64,000 nt of DNA from Eledone cirrhosa (GCA_964016885.1 OZ024756.1:372001-436000); one strand, 5' to 3'. Shown: positions 22,911-36,000, numbered from the stretch's first letter. A program made the numbers and translations. The notes: generated by a model from the sequence alone, not told the origin.

Positions 22911-25301
22911 GACAGATGGACGGTCGTAAACACAAAAGCCTTCCCTAGTGAGGAATGTACATCCCAACATAGCTTAGTTGTCAGCGACCTCACGGTCAGA
23001 ACTAGACGAGCCCTGAAACAGAGGCCAACCTGGAGAAGAAAGATCTGGAAGCTGAAAGTCCCCTCAACCAGTAACAGATTTAAAGATATTTTACTCAACG
23101 CCTACGACAGTAAAGAAGAACAGATAGAGACATTTAACGTAGAAGAGAACTGGGAGTTCCTAAAAAATAACTTACTAGAGGCGACGGATGAGGTTTGTGG
23201 CTGGAGTAAGACCTCAAGCAGGAGGAGAGTGACTTGGTGGTGGAACAATAAGGTAGATGAAGCAGTCAAGGCCAAGAGACAGGCATGGAAAGAATGGAAG
23301 AACGGGGGGAGCAGGGTACATTACATAGAGACCAAGAGGGAAGCTAGGCGACAAGTATACTTAGCTAGGAGGGAAGCAGAGGATAGAAAATTCAAGCATG
23401 TTTTACAACGTGAGGACCAGAAACAGGAGGTATTCAAGATTGCGAGGCAGTGTGTCAGAGATAGTTGTGATGTCATTGGAGAGAAGTGTATCCGGAATGA
23501 TAAAGGTGAGCTTGCCCTCACAAGTGCTGAGAAGAAAGATGCATGGAAGAGTCATTATGATAGATTACTAAATGAGGAGAATGCATGGGAAGAAGAGACC
23601 CTACCCCACGTAGACCCTATAGAGGGACCAGCAGTACAAGTCAGCGGCAGCGTAGTAAGTAAGGCAATCAGAGATATGAAGATAGGGAAGGCAACCGGTC
23701 CATCGGGTATAGCTGCCGAGATGCTGAAGGCATCTGGGTCTGTAGGTCACACTATAACCACACGTATCGTTAACCAGGTAATACTAGAGGGGGCCATACC
23801 AAAAGATTGGTGCAGTAGCATCATTGTCAACTGCTACAAAGGTAAAGGCGATGCACTAGATAGAGGAAACTATAGAGGTATAAAGTTGATGGACCAGGTC
23901 ATGAAAGTAACAGAAAGAGTTATAGCACAGCTGATTAGGGACCGGGTGAATATAGACGAGATGCAATTTGGGTTTGTTCCAGGGAAAGGCACCACTGATG
24001 CGCTCTTCCTTGTGAGGCAATTACAGGAAAAGTACCTAGCTAAAAGTAAGCCACTCTACTTGGCATTTGTCGACCTTGAGAAAGCCTTTGACAGAGTTCC
24101 ACGTGCAGTAATCTGGTGGGCTCTTAGAAAACTAGGAGTAGATGAATGGCTTGTGAAAGCGGTACAAGCCATGTATAGGGGAGCAGTCAGCAAAGTTAGG
24201 ATTGGCAATGAGTATAGCGAGGAATTTAGCGTACAGGTTGGGGTCCACCAGGGCTCTGTTCTTAGCCCTCTCCTGTTCATCATAGTCCTGCAGGCAATAA
24301 CGGAGGAGTTTAAGACCGGATGCCCATGGGAACTCCTGTATGCTGATGACCTCGCACTCATAGCTGAATCTATGGTAGAACTAGAGAATAAATTCCAAAC
24401 CTGGAAGCAGGGACTAGAGAGAAAGGGCCTCAAAGTCAACATGACAAAGACTAAGGTCCTTATAAGTAGACGAGAAAACAGAACCCAGATCCCCTCAGGG
24501 AAATGGCCTTGCTCAGTATGTAGGAAAGGTGTAGGTTGGAACTCCATTCTTTGCCCCAAATGCAAACAATGGGTACACAAGAGATGTAGCGGGATCTCAG
24601 GAAGCTTAATTAAGAATGTAGGATTCACATGCAGCAGCTGTGCTGAAACAGCAAGCAAACAGCCACAGGAAACAAGTACCACCAATCTCTGGGAGGGCCC
24701 TGTAGAAACAGTAGACAGCTTCTGCTACCTAGGTGACCGAATTAGCAACGGAGGTGGGTGCTCAGAAAGTACAATAACTAGGGTAAGAACGGGATGGAAG
24801 AAGTTTAGGGAACTACTACCACTGCTAGCTGCAAAAGGCTTCTCCCTCAGAATGAAAGGCAGACTGTATGATGCGTGTATCCGAACAGCGATGTTGCATG
24901 GTAGTGAGACCTGGGCGCTGAAGGTGGAAGACTTACGTAGATTAGAGAGAAACGAAGCCTGCATGCTCCGATGGATGTGTAACAGTAATATACGTGAACG
25001 ACAAAGCATAAATGAATTGAGAGAGAGACTGAGCATAAGAGGAATCAAATGCTGCGTGCAGGAGAGGCGGTTACGCTGGTATGGACATGTGATGCGTATG
25101 AAGGATGACAGCTGCATAAAAAGGTGCAGAGCACTAGAAGTTGATGGAAACCGCGGAGTGGGGAGACCCAAGATGACTTGGGATGAGGTGATAAAAGCCG
25201 ACCTTACCCAACTACACCTCTCAAAGTCAATGACACACGACCGTGACTTCTGGCGTCACGCAGTAATACAGGGTACCCGACCTCCCATGGGTACATGCTG
25301 A
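22911..25301 (+). CDS. RTE ORF (partial): end of APE endonuclease, reverse transcriptase, PHD-like Cys/His cluster
   Basis: frame is open 106 codons upstream of the tracked ORF (EECTSQHSLVVSD, APE SDH-like motif); YADD catalytic motif; no native start. Confidence 0.9.
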   Translation, partial: DRWTVVNTKAFPSEECTSQHSLVVSDLTVRTRRALKQRPTWRRKIWKLKVPSTSNRFKDILLNAYDSKEEQIETFNVEENWEFLKNNLLEATDEVCGWSKTSSRRRVTWWWNNKVDEAVKAKRQAWKEWKNGGSRVHYIETKREARRQVYLARREAEDRKFKHVLQREDQKQEVFKIARQCVRDSCDVIGEKCIRNDKGELALTSAEKKDAWKSHYDRLLNEENAWEEETLPHVDPIEGPAVQVSGSVVSKAIRDMKIGKATGPSGIAAEMLKASGSVGHTITTRIVNQVILEGAIPKDWCSSIIVNCYKGKGDALDRGNYRGIKLMDQVMKVTERVIAQLIRDRVNIDEMQFGFVPGKGTTDALFLVRQLQEKYLAKSKPLYLAFVDLEKAFDRVPRAVIWWALRKLGVDEWLVKAVQAMYRGAVSKVRIGNEYSEEFSVQVGVHQGSVLSPLLFIIVLQAITEEFKTGCPWELLYADDLALIAESMVELENKFQTWKQGLERKGLKVNMTKTKVLISRRENRTQIPSGKWPCSVCRKGVGWNSILCPKCKQWVHKRCSGISGSLIKNVGFTCSSCAETASKQPQETSTTNLWEGPVETVDSFCYLGDRISNGGGCSESTITRVRTGWKKFRELLPLLAAKGFSLRMKGRLYDACIRTAMLHGSETWALKVEDLRRLERNEACMLRWMCNSNIRERQSINELRERLSIRGIKCCVQERRLRWYGHVMRMKDDSCIKRCRALEVDGNRGVGRPKMTWDEVIKADLTQLHLSKSMTHDRDFWRHAVIQGTRPPMGTC

Positions 25302-25604
25302 AGCATATAAACAATATGCCCCCCCCCCCCCCACCGCAAGGTGGTCGTGGAGGCGCCACGGCAAAAAAGCACCCAGCCCACACTGTAAAGTGGACGTGTA
25401 GGCGCCACGAAAAAGCACCCAGCACTCACTGTAAATGAGGTTGGTGTTAGGAAGGGCATCCAGCTGTAGAAATCAAGCCAGATCAGTTCCTGTATGAGCA
25501 AGGCATGGTCAGCCGACCAGACACTGCCCACAACAGGACAACCCGTCTAACCCATGCTAGCGTGGAAGAACGGACGTAAAACGGTGATGATGATGATGAT
25601 GATG
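22911..25604 (+). mobile_element. RTE LINE family A, 5' truncated, young
   Basis: intact ORF, ~300-bp 3'UTR, (GAT)n tail, apparent TSD AGAGT (22906-22910 and 25605-25609). Confidence 0.97.
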
Positions 25605-25779
25605 AGAGTAATGTAAATGCTAAAGGGTTAAGACATATGAGAAAGCCTTATATTGTCAATGAACTACCTCTAATTTTCAAATAATTTTCAAAAATAATCA
25701 ATAATATAACTCATTATGAAGCTGGTGTTTGAAGTATCACATTAGGGAAGTTCTTACATTGAAAGAATTATGGTGGACG

Positions 25780-26162
25780 AAAGAATACAATCATGAATAC
25801 AAGCGGCTGAAATGGGGTTCCTCTGAAGGGTCTTTGGAGTAATGTTACTCAAAAAGTATATAGCTCAGAGATCAAGGAGTCACTCCAGGTACAGCCGCTA
25901 CTTCGCCGAATTGAGATATCACAGCTCCAATACTATGGGTATGTGGTTAAAATGTCTCAGGAAAGAATCGCTGGATAGATTTTATGGGCAAAACTAACTG
26001 GCAGGAGACCCTTGGGTAGGCCCCGAGAAAGATGGCTGGCTGGTCTTGCTTGGGGATCCAACCTGATCAGTTGGAGACAGTTGCTTGACAGGACCTGCTG
26101 GAAGGAGTATTTGAGGACTCTGCCACCATGACCATCTCAGGAATAAATGGGTGAAGAAGAAA
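25780..26162 (+). mobile_element. Degraded 3' end of a third RTE-like LINE family (C)
   Basis: QPLLRRIEISQLQYYGYV..GRRPLGRPRERW; gaagaagaa tail; homologous to 51540-52010 and 60887-61025. Confidence 0.75.
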
Positions 26163-26664
26163 AAGGTTTTTCGATATAAACACTTTAAAACAGTTTTTGT
26201 ATCGTAAATCTAAGGGTTTCAGGCTGTCTCATATCAAAATGATTTTTTAAATCAGTTTTTAGTCCCTTATTCTACATCTCTGACATATAGAACCATGTAG
26301 AGCCAACCCTCCACCCCAGTTTTTAATGTGTTTTATCCATACAGGTATAGATTGGAAGGTAGATTTCTACAGCAACATGTCTTTCTTCATGCCAAATTCA
26401 CTTTGTTTTGAAGATCATGTAGTTGTAGTTACATGCCAACACCTACAGGAGTTATTGTGAGATAATATTGTAGGGCTGCTGTTGTTGTTGCTGCTGTCAG
26501 TTGAATGGCTTCTCCATTTCTGCAGCTAAAGATTCCAACAATTTAAACAATGTAGAATGTTTAGCTGTGTCTATCAATGTAGGCTGGGTGTCTTCTAATG
26601 GATCTATCTCAAGGGAGGGTTTTGTTTTTTTTCTTCTTTTAATAAAGTTACCTGTGTCTAAATT

Positions 26665-26800
26665 AATTTAGGCACAAAGTCAACAATTTGGCGAAGAAAG
26701 GAGAAAGAGCTCAGTATGTAACTGGTACTTTATTTTATCGACCCCAGAAGGATGAAAAGCAAAATTGATCTCAACAGGATTGGAACTCAAAACAGAAGAC
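26665..26800 (-). mobile_element. SINE S1-related, degraded
   Basis: actggtactttattttatcgaccc core. Confidence 0.75.
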
Positions 26801-26844
26801 ATAACTAGCTCATCACTAGAACAGCTGTTAAAACAGCGAAATGC

Positions 26845-26985
26845 AGTAATGCCTTAGGACAGCCAAAATAATACAGAAAATAACACTACTAGGGACTGCA
26901 TTACAAAGAGTACTCTCAATAAAATAGAAATAACACTGCACATGTCCAGGACACAGCTGTGCTTGGTAATAACACTCAATAGAAT
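26845..26985 (+). mobile_element. R4/Dong-like 3' tip
   Basis: IQKITLLGTALQRVLSIK*. Confidence 0.5.
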
Positions 26986-27045
26986 CATCATCATTTAACA
27001 TCCTCTTTCCCTGCTAGACAGGGTTGGATGGGTTTATGTAGACCA

Positions 27046-27150
27046 GTGGTTCTCAACCGGGGTCCACATGGACCCCCAGGGTTCATGTAATATTCCTGGG
27101 GGTCCACAGGCAACAAATATTCTTTTGTTGAATAGCTATGAGGGGATCAA
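27046..27150 (+). mobile_element. hAT (Charlie-like) MITE end
   Basis: gtagac|CAGTGGTTCTCAACC terminus with ggggtcca..tggacccc hairpin; second end not found. Confidence 0.55.
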
Positions 27151-27151
27151 C

Positions 27152-27890
27152 TCTCTAGCTATCTTCCCCTTCTCCTTCCTCTCTTTACCCCCCTCTCTAG
27201 CTATCTTCCCCTTCTCTCGCTATCTTCCCCTTCTCTCTTTACCCCCCTCTCTAGCTATCTTCCCCTTCTCTCTTTACCCCCCTCTCTAGCTATCTTCCCC
27301 TTCTCTCTTTACCCCCCTCTCTAGCTATCTTCCCCTTCTCTCTTTACCCCCCTCTCTAGCTATCTTCCCCTTCTCTCTTTACCCCCCTCTCTAGCTATCT
27401 TCCCCTTCTCCTTTCTCTCTTTACCCCCCTCTCTAGCTATCTTCCCCTTCTCCTTTCTCTCTTTACCCCCCTCTCTAGCTATCTTCCCCTTCTCCTTTCT
27501 CTCTTTACCCCCCTCTCTAGCTATCTTCCTCTTCTCCTTTCTCTCTTTACCCCCCTCTCCAGCTATCTTCCCATCTCCTTTCTCTCTTTACCCCCCCCCT
27601 CTCTAGCTATCTTCCTTCTCCTTTCTCTCTTTACCCCCCCTCTCTAGCTATCTTCCCCTTCTCCTTCCTCTCTTTACCCCACTCTCTAGCTATCTTCCCC
27701 TTCTTCCTCTCTTTACCCCACTCTCTAGCTATCTTCCCGTTCTCCTTTCTCTCTTTACCCCCCCTCTCTAGCTATCTTCCCCTCTTTACCCCACTCTCTA
27801 GCTATCTTCCCCTTCTCTCTTTACCCACCTCTCTAGCTATCTTCCTCTTCTCCTTCCTCTCTAGCTATCTGCCCCTTCTCCTTTCTATCC
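27152..27890. repeat. Pyrimidine-rich 35-43 bp minisatellite
   Basis: ctctctagctatcttccccttctc..tctttacccc units. Confidence 0.95.
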
Positions 27891-28169
27891 ATCTCTCTCT
27901 CTGGATACACCAGCTGCCCCAACCTCAAGTGGGACAACTCCCGTCTAACCCATGTTAGATATTTTATGCTAAATCATTACAGGATCATCATCATTGTTTA
28001 ACATCCATTCTCCCTGTTAGCAAAGATGTTAAAAGTTAATCTCATACGCGCGCGCGCTATGAAGGGCAAGGTGAGAATTTGATTGAAATCTTTGTCCATG
28101 GTCCAGTGATTTGGAATGAACTAATAAGAATCACTCTAACAAGTTCCTCAATAGCTGTGACTGACCCTT

Positions 28170-28472
28170 CTGTGGTGTAGTCTAGTGTGGTGTGGCAGTG
28201 GTGTAGTGTAGTGTAGTGTGATGTGGTGTTGTGGTGTAGTGTGGTGTGTTGTGGTGTGGTTGTGGTGAGCTGTGGTGTAGTGTGGTATGGTGTGTAGTGT
28301 GGTATGGTGTAGTGTGTAGTGTGTTTTGGTGTAGTGTGGTATGGTGTAGTGTGCTGTGGTGTAGTGTGGTTGTCGTGTGGTTGTGGTAAGCTGTGGTGAG
28401 GTATGGCAGTGGTGGTAGTGTGGTGTGGTATGACAGTGCTGGTGAGGCTGTGGTAGTGTGGCTGTGGTGGTG
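28170..28472. repeat. (GTGTA/GTGTG)n pentanucleotide repeat
   Basis: direct inspection. Confidence 0.9.
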
Positions 28473-28927
28473 TTCATGACCTTCAATCACTAGTCAGATC
28501 AATACAGTTTATGTTCAGTTCAAACATCTGTATAGTTTGTAGAGATGACGCCTGCAGGCAAAACATGGGTGAGCCGATGAGATAAGCTTCCATATGATTG
28601 TTCTGCTAGAATTAGCAGCCAAATCTCTCCTCAAATCATTACACTTTACTATCTTAAAACAAAAGACACATTGGATGTGATCCCAAGATTATATTGTGTC
28701 TAAAAGGTGGGCATAATTGGACTGCTACATTTAAAGGAGAGTTTGGTGATTTAGGCTTGACCTAGGGCTAAATAACAAACATGGATGAGGTGAAGATTCC
28801 GGAGGGAAGATACAAGAGGAAGGATTGGCAAAACATGGACATTGAGAGGCCTGGAAAGTGAGATGAGTGAGGTGGCCCAGGGCAGGAGTGATATGGAACA
28901 ATTCAGAGAGAGGAGGCAACTGTAGTA

Positions 28928-29052
<125 letters not shown>

Positions 29053-29133
29053 CCTCTATAGGACAGTGATTATAGTGTGTTGGTGAGTGAATCCTTGTCA
29101 ATGAAATATAGACTTCTTTTGGATGGTGTCTAG

Positions 29134-29343
29134 CCCTTTAATGGTCAAACCGGCCAGAATTCTCTACCTCTTTCTGTTGAAACTAGCTGTAACTGGTCAC
29201 TCAAACTGATGTTATGGTATTGTTCTCAAAATAAATACTTTCAAAATCTCAGAGATTCGATATTATGTGAGATAATTATGTGAGATAAAGCCTTTATCAT
29301 GAAAATATAATAGTATATATAGAGTAATATAAATGCTAAAGGG
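29134..29343 (-). mobile_element. MITE M1, complete
   Basis: CCCTTTA...TAAAGGG|TTAA. Confidence 0.9.
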
Positions 29344-29460
29344 TTAAGCTGTGTCTAGGGGCACAGTAGGAAAATTACACACATACACACAAAATTATTA
29401 TTGCTGTCTCGAATATTGAAGGTCAGCTCTGTCCAAATTGTTACTGAAAATGACTTAAGT

Positions 29461-29500
<40 letters not shown>

Positions 29501-30022
29501 GTTAGAAAGTGAACAACACAAAATATAACTACTCCATTACCAAAGGTTTCAGGATCCTAGACAAATTAAATAGCTCTGTTCTATACATAGAGCACTCTTT
29601 TTTCTTTTGCTTTTTCTTCAGAATTACCTAATACACATATATATATATATACATATATATACACTCAGACACATAGGCAGCAAATAGCTAGAGTTGGTAG
29701 AGCATCAAATAAAATGCCTTGTGGTATTTACTGCAGCTCTCTGCACTGTCTTCTCCACTATAGCTTCTGGTCAACAGAAACTGAACCCTCATCACGTGGG
29801 CTGTACCCACCATAATTCAGGGTGTTATCCCTTTTCGGTGAGAAGAAATTAGGATTAAAAGCTACACGTGTCTATGCAACATTCAGCTACTTATATTCTC
29901 ATGTTCGGTTGTTTGAATCACTGTACATTGTTGAGACTGACATAGGATCCTATTACGTCTACATATGTCGAGGTGGACATGTATATACATACATGTATGT
30001 ATAGTTACATAACCATAGATAG

Positions 30023-31958
30023 ATATCTAACCCCAGCCTAGACCAAGTATCCCATTACTTTATATATACATATATCTAACCCCAGCCTAGACTAAGGAAC
30101 CCATTACTTTATATATACATATATCTAACCCCAGCCTAGACCAAGTATCCCATTACTTTATATATACATATATCTAACCCCAGCCTAGACCAAGTATCCC
30201 ATTACTTTATATATACATATATCTAACCCCAGCCTAGACCAAGTATCCCATTACTTTATATATACATATATCTAACCCCAGCCTAGACTAAGGAACCCAT
30301 TACTTTATATATACATATATCTAACCACAGCCTAGACCAAGTATCCCATTACTTTATATATACATATATCTAACCCCAGCCTAGACCAAGTATCCCATTA
30401 CTTTATATATACATATATCTAACCACAGCCTAGACTAAGGAACCCATTACTTTATATATACATATATCTAACCCCAGCCTAGACCAAGTATCCCATTACT
30501 TTATATATACATATATCTAACCACAGCCTAGACCAAGTATCCCATTACTTTATATATACATATATCTAACCCCAGCCTAGACCAAGTATCCCATTACTTT
30601 ATATATACATATATCTAACCCCAGCCTAGACCAAGTATCCCATTACTTTATATATACATATATCTAACCCCAGCCTAGACTAAGGAACCCATTACTTTAT
30701 ATATACATATATCTAACCCCAGCCTAGACCAAGTATCCCATTACTTTATATATACATATATCTAACCCCAGCCTAGACTAAGGAACCCATTACTTTATAT
30801 ATACATATATCTAACCCCAGCCTAGACTAAGGAACCCATTACTTTATATATACATATATCTAACCCCAGCCTAGACCAAGTATCCCATTACTTTATATAT
30901 ACATATATCTAACCCCAGCCTAGACTAAGGAACCCATTACTTTATATATACATATATCTAACCCCAGCCTAGACCAAGTATCCCATTACTTTATATATAC
31001 ATATATCTAACCCCAGCCTAGACTAAGGAACCCATTACTTTATATATACATATATCTAACCCCAGCCTAGACTAAGGAACCCATTACTTTATATATACAT
31101 ATATCTAACCCCAGCCTAGACCAAGTATCCCATTACTTTATATATACATATATCTAACCCCAGCCTAGACTAAGGAACCCATTACTTTATATATACATAT
31201 ATCTAACCCCAGCCTAGACCAAGTATCCCATTACTTTATATATACATATATCTAACCCCAGCCTAGACCAAGTATCCCATTACTTTATATATACATATAT
31301 CTAACCCCAGCCTAGACTAAGGAACCCATTACTTTATATATACATATATCTAACCCCAGCCTAGACCAAGTATCCCATTACTTTATATATACATATATCT
31401 AACCCCAGCCTAGACCAAGTATCCCATTACTTTATATATACATATATCTAACCCCAGCCTAGACCAAGTATCCCATTACTTTATATATACATATATCTAA
31501 CCCCAGCCTAGACCAAGTATCCCATTACTTTATATATACATATATCTAACCACAGCCTAGACCAAGTATCCCATTACTTTATATATACATATATCTAACC
31601 CCAGCCTAGACCAAGTATCCCATTACTTTATATATACATATATCTAACCCCAGCCTAGACCAAGTATCCCATTACTTTATATATACATATATCTAACCAC
31701 AGCCTAGACCAAGTATCCCATTACTTTATATATACATATATCTAACCCTAGCCTAGACTAAGGAACCCATTACTTTATATATACATATATCTAACCCCAG
31801 CCTAGACGAAGGATCCCATTACTTTATATATACATATATCTAACCCTAGCCTAGACTAAGGAACCCATTACTTTATATATACATATATCTAACCCCAGCC
31901 TAGACCAAGTATCCCATTACTTTATATATACATATATCTAACCCCAGCTTAGACCAAA
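30023..31958. repeat. 49-bp minisatellite, about 39 copies, two main variants
   Basis: atatctaaccccagcctaga[ccaagtat|ctaaggaa]cccattactttatatatacat. Confidence 0.98.
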
Positions 31959-32194
31959 CAAATCCAGCTAGTCACCAACTAAGATGGATTTGGCTTGACA
32001 CACTATTGTGACAATGGCCCGACATACTCCTGTGACAACAGACAGCAGCTGTGTGTAGGTTCCAGGCTGCAGGTTAAACAGAATCCCATAGTTAGGATAT
32101 TATAAACTCTGATTTTATTTAGTCCGAGAAAGATGAGACTAATCTAGTGTTGAAGCCAGACAGGTAGATTGGTGTAGATTAGAGAGGGGGCAGT

Positions 32195-32309
32195 GGAGAG
32201 AGAGAGAGGATGGTGTGGTAGAGAGAGAGGATGGTGTGGTAGAGAGAGAGAGAGAGAGGATGGTGTGGTAGAGAGAGAGGATGGTGTGGTAGAGAGAGAG
32301 GATGGTGTG

Positions 32310-32345
<36 letters not shown>

Positions 32346-32624
32346 GTGTGGTAGAGAGAGAGGATGGTGTGAGAGAGAGAGGATGGTGTGGTAGAGAGAG
32401 AGAGAGGATGGTGTGAGAGAGAGAGAGAGAGAGAGGGGATGGTGTGGTAGAGAGAGAGAGAGGATGGTGTGAGAGAGAGAGAGAGAGAGGATGGTGTGAG
32501 AGAGAGAGGATGGTGTGAGAGAGAAAGGATGATGTGGTAGAGAGAGAAAGGATGATGCGGTAGAGAGAGAGAGAGAGAATGGTGTGGTAGAGAGAAGATG
32601 GTGTGGTAGAGAGAGGATGGTGTG

Positions 32625-32667
<43 letters not shown>

Positions 32668-32700
32668 AGTGTGGTAGAAAGAGAGAGGATGGTGTGGTAA
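32195..32700. repeat. (GA)n-ggatggtgtggta compound repeat
   Basis: direct inspection. Confidence 0.95.
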
Positions 32701-33409
32701 AGGGGGTGGATTGCTTTAGATCATGGAACTGATGGAGAGAGAGATAAAGTGGAGGGTTGAAGAGATAATGTGGTATAGGCAGAGAGAGAGAGAGAGAGAA
32801 ATGTTCTAGTAGTGAGATTAGATAGATTATTGCCATTCTTATATCTAGTTTACTGCCACCTCACAGAAATCGGTGGAGATCTGGTTGGGATCCACTGTGA
32901 CTAAATAAATAAGTACCAGTGATATTCTGGGGCTAACTATATCAACTGCAAATCAAGGTCACCATGAATCTAAAACATTTGAATTCTCACAAGAAATTTA
33001 TTAATTTCTAAAGTTAAAGTGGTTGGTAAGAAGAAAGTCACCCAGTCAGCCTTATCTGACAGTCAACAAAGATGGACAGTTTCTGTTATTGTGTGTAGCA
33101 GATAAGAAAATATTGCATTGAGTGATAAGAGGTTAAGAGATCTGGCAAACCCATGCCAGAATGGGAAAATAAATGTAAAATGATGACTGTCATAATGTAG
33201 AGTTTATTGAAAACTAAATTACTATCTCGGAATTCTAGGCTCTCCAATGTGCACCCAAGACACTCTATAAAGTGGTTGGTGATCTGACTGAGACAATGTA
33301 AGATTGAGAGGACCTTCCAGTTGTGCTGGGGATACATCAACCTCTCTAGTTGTGCTGGGGATACATCAACCTCTCTAGTTGTGCTGGGGATACATCAACC
33401 TCTCTAGTA

Positions 33410-33853
33410 GTGCTGGTGCCATCATAAAACACACCTACAACATTCGGTAAAGCAGTTAGTATTGGGAAAAGCATCCAGCCGTAGAAACCATACCAAAATG
33501 GAATGTATGAGCCAGACATGGTCATCTCACCGATCACGTCTCAGGCTCTGATGACTTGTATAGCATATGCCAACATAGAAAGCAGGTGTAAAATGATGAT
33601 GATGATGGTAATGATGGCGGTAGTGATGATTGATGATGATGAAGATGATGGTGGTGATGATGGTGGTAATGGTGATGATGGTGGTAATGTTGATGAAGAT
33701 GATGGTGGTGATGATGATGGTAATGGTGATGAAGATGAGGGTAATGATGGCAGTAGTGATGATGGTGATGATGATGGTGATGATGATGGTGGTAATGATG
33801 GCGATGGTAATGATGGGGGTAGTGATGATGGTGATAGTGATGATGATGATGAT
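33410..33853 (+). repeat. Degraded RTE-tail retroposon followed by a GAT/GGT tract
   Basis: gcatccagccgtagaaacc..catgccaacatagaaagcagg-gtaaaa(tga)n. Confidence 0.75.
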
Positions 33854-34204
33854 TCATTCTGCCTTTTAATCACTGGGCTGTTGATAAAAGAACAATAGGT
33901 CGATTCATTCGACTATATACTCATCAAACAAAATCAATATATTAAACACACATTAGACATATATTTACATAAATGTAAAATATTTCTGGTGTGTGTGTGT
34001 GTGTGTGTGGGGGGGGGGGTACTAGTAATATCTAAGTGGTTGATTATGTTGACATGCTAGCACAGTATTTATAATGAAGTTTTGGTGTAACCTCTGATAG
34101 GAGCAACACTGACTTCACAGGTGCTTGGAAGACTAAAAGTTAAACTGCTTGAAATAATACATAAGGTACCATAGAAAGAGTTGATAGATTCTGTTACCTA
34201 GCTG

Positions 34205-34700
34205 ACCTAATTAGCAGGGAAACAGATTGCTCTGAAAACAAAGTAGCTGGAATAAGAACAGGCTGGAAACAAAATTCAGGGAACTACAACCTCTGTCGAT
34301 AATATAGGGATTTTCTCTACAAAGCAAAGGGTAGATTGTATGATGCCTGCATGATGAGTTCAATGTTGCATGGCTGTGAGTGGTAAATACAGAGGATATA
34401 CAGGGGCTGGAGAGAAATAAAGGGAGCATCATCCATTGGATGTGTAATGTTAGTGTGTAGGAACGACAGGGCATGGATAAAGTGAGAGAAAAGCTGGGTA
34501 TAAAAGGAATGAGATGCAGTGAGTAGGAGAGAAGACTGTGCTGGTATGGACATATGATGTATATAGATGATGATTACGGGGTAGAGAAATGCCAGGAGAT
34601 GCCAATGGAAGGAAGATGCAGTAGAGGAAGTCCAAAGAAAACAGGGCAGAGGTACTTAGAGCCAATCTTAAAATGCTGACTCCGTAACCACGGTCCTTTC
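34205..34700 (+). pseudogene. Old degraded RTE LINE 3' coding remnant
   Basis: homologous to the KFRELLP..MLHGSE..WYGH..GRGRP region, with many stops. Confidence 0.8.
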
Positions 34701-35864
34701 AAGAATAAGTAGGTGATGGCTGAGGAGGAGAAGTAGTAGTACACCTCACCCCTCTCTCCATTATTATTTTCAGTATTTTGAGGCAGTGTAATATTATACA
34801 TTAAAATCTGCCATGGTGTTTTCATTACAACAGTTTTGCCAGTTTATCTCAGACAAAAAAGGTCACTTGATATCCACTACACATGTCACAGAAAATATTG
34901 ATATGTAAATATTGGTTCTCACAACTAGTGTGGAAGATGGATGTTAAACAATGATGACAATGATGATAAAGTGTGTGTGTGTGTGTGTAACAACAGTTAC
35001 AGGTGGCACACCATTTGAAGCACTCAATGCTGTTACGAGGTCCGTTTCATTTGGGTGGTATTCCAGTGTTACGGCTGTAGTGTGCAGAGTGTAAATAGAT
35101 TTAAATGAGTTGAAGTCGGTGTTGCAGCATATGTACAAATTTTATTTGCATATATATATATTGACTCAGAGACAGGTGAGCAATATGGCAGTATGCTACA
35201 GCATCCTTCTCTGGGTCAAAAACATAGCACACACTTTTTCCTGTTTTTCTTTGCTTGTTTCCTTGAAGTTTACCATCATTCCGTTGCTATACATCTATTA
35301 TCCAATTTACCCCTGATGGGGGTCACCTGGTTCTTATGCAACCTGGCCACTGAAATATGTACAGTGTTTATAGTAATAAAAAATTAAGGAAATTCAACAT
35401 ATTTGGCCTCCTGTCATTTCACTTTATAATAGAGAGAGAGAGAGTGAGAGAGAGAGAAAGGTTTGAATGTATGTATGTACATGTATGTCATCATCATTGT
35501 TTGACATCTGCTTTCCCTGCTAGCAGGGGTTGGATGTGTCTACAGATCTACTGACCTCCCAGACAGACCATATGGTCTCACGCTCAACCAGGTGCACAGG
35601 AAAGCTTGACACAAATGAAGGGTCTTCCCAACCTTTTGTTTGGCAAGCCTTCCACTTACTTGATGCCCTTCCTATCATCAACCAATTAACAGGCTGTAGT
35701 GGGAGGATGGTATGCCCTTGAACTCAGAACATAAAGGGCTGTAACTCTATGGTGTCCAATGCTCTACCGATACTGCTGATCCACCATCCTTACCAACAAA
35801 TATTGTTTATTTAAAGATACATCTTGGGGTGTAAATGAATTCAGGATCATAATGACATAATTAG

Positions 35865-36000
<136 letters not shown>

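Larger units (their letters stand above)
22668..25627 (-). mobile_element. MITE M1 interrupted by an RTE insertion
   Basis: TTAA at 22664-22667 and 25628-25631; MITE resumes at 25605. Confidence 0.85.

Noticed and set aside
24056-25171. Antisense ORFs over RTE and Gypsy coding regions
   Set aside because: Shadows of the sense ORFs with no independent motifs
26345-26358. Possible 14-nt micro-exon or AG|GT site
   Set aside because: Weak donors and overlap with a degraded retroposon tail
30023-31958. CRISPR or telomeric array
   Set aside because: No spacers and only one TAACCC per 49-bp unit
33503-33898. Asp/Gly-rich acidic protein
   Set aside because: Trinucleotide tract grown from a retroposon tail
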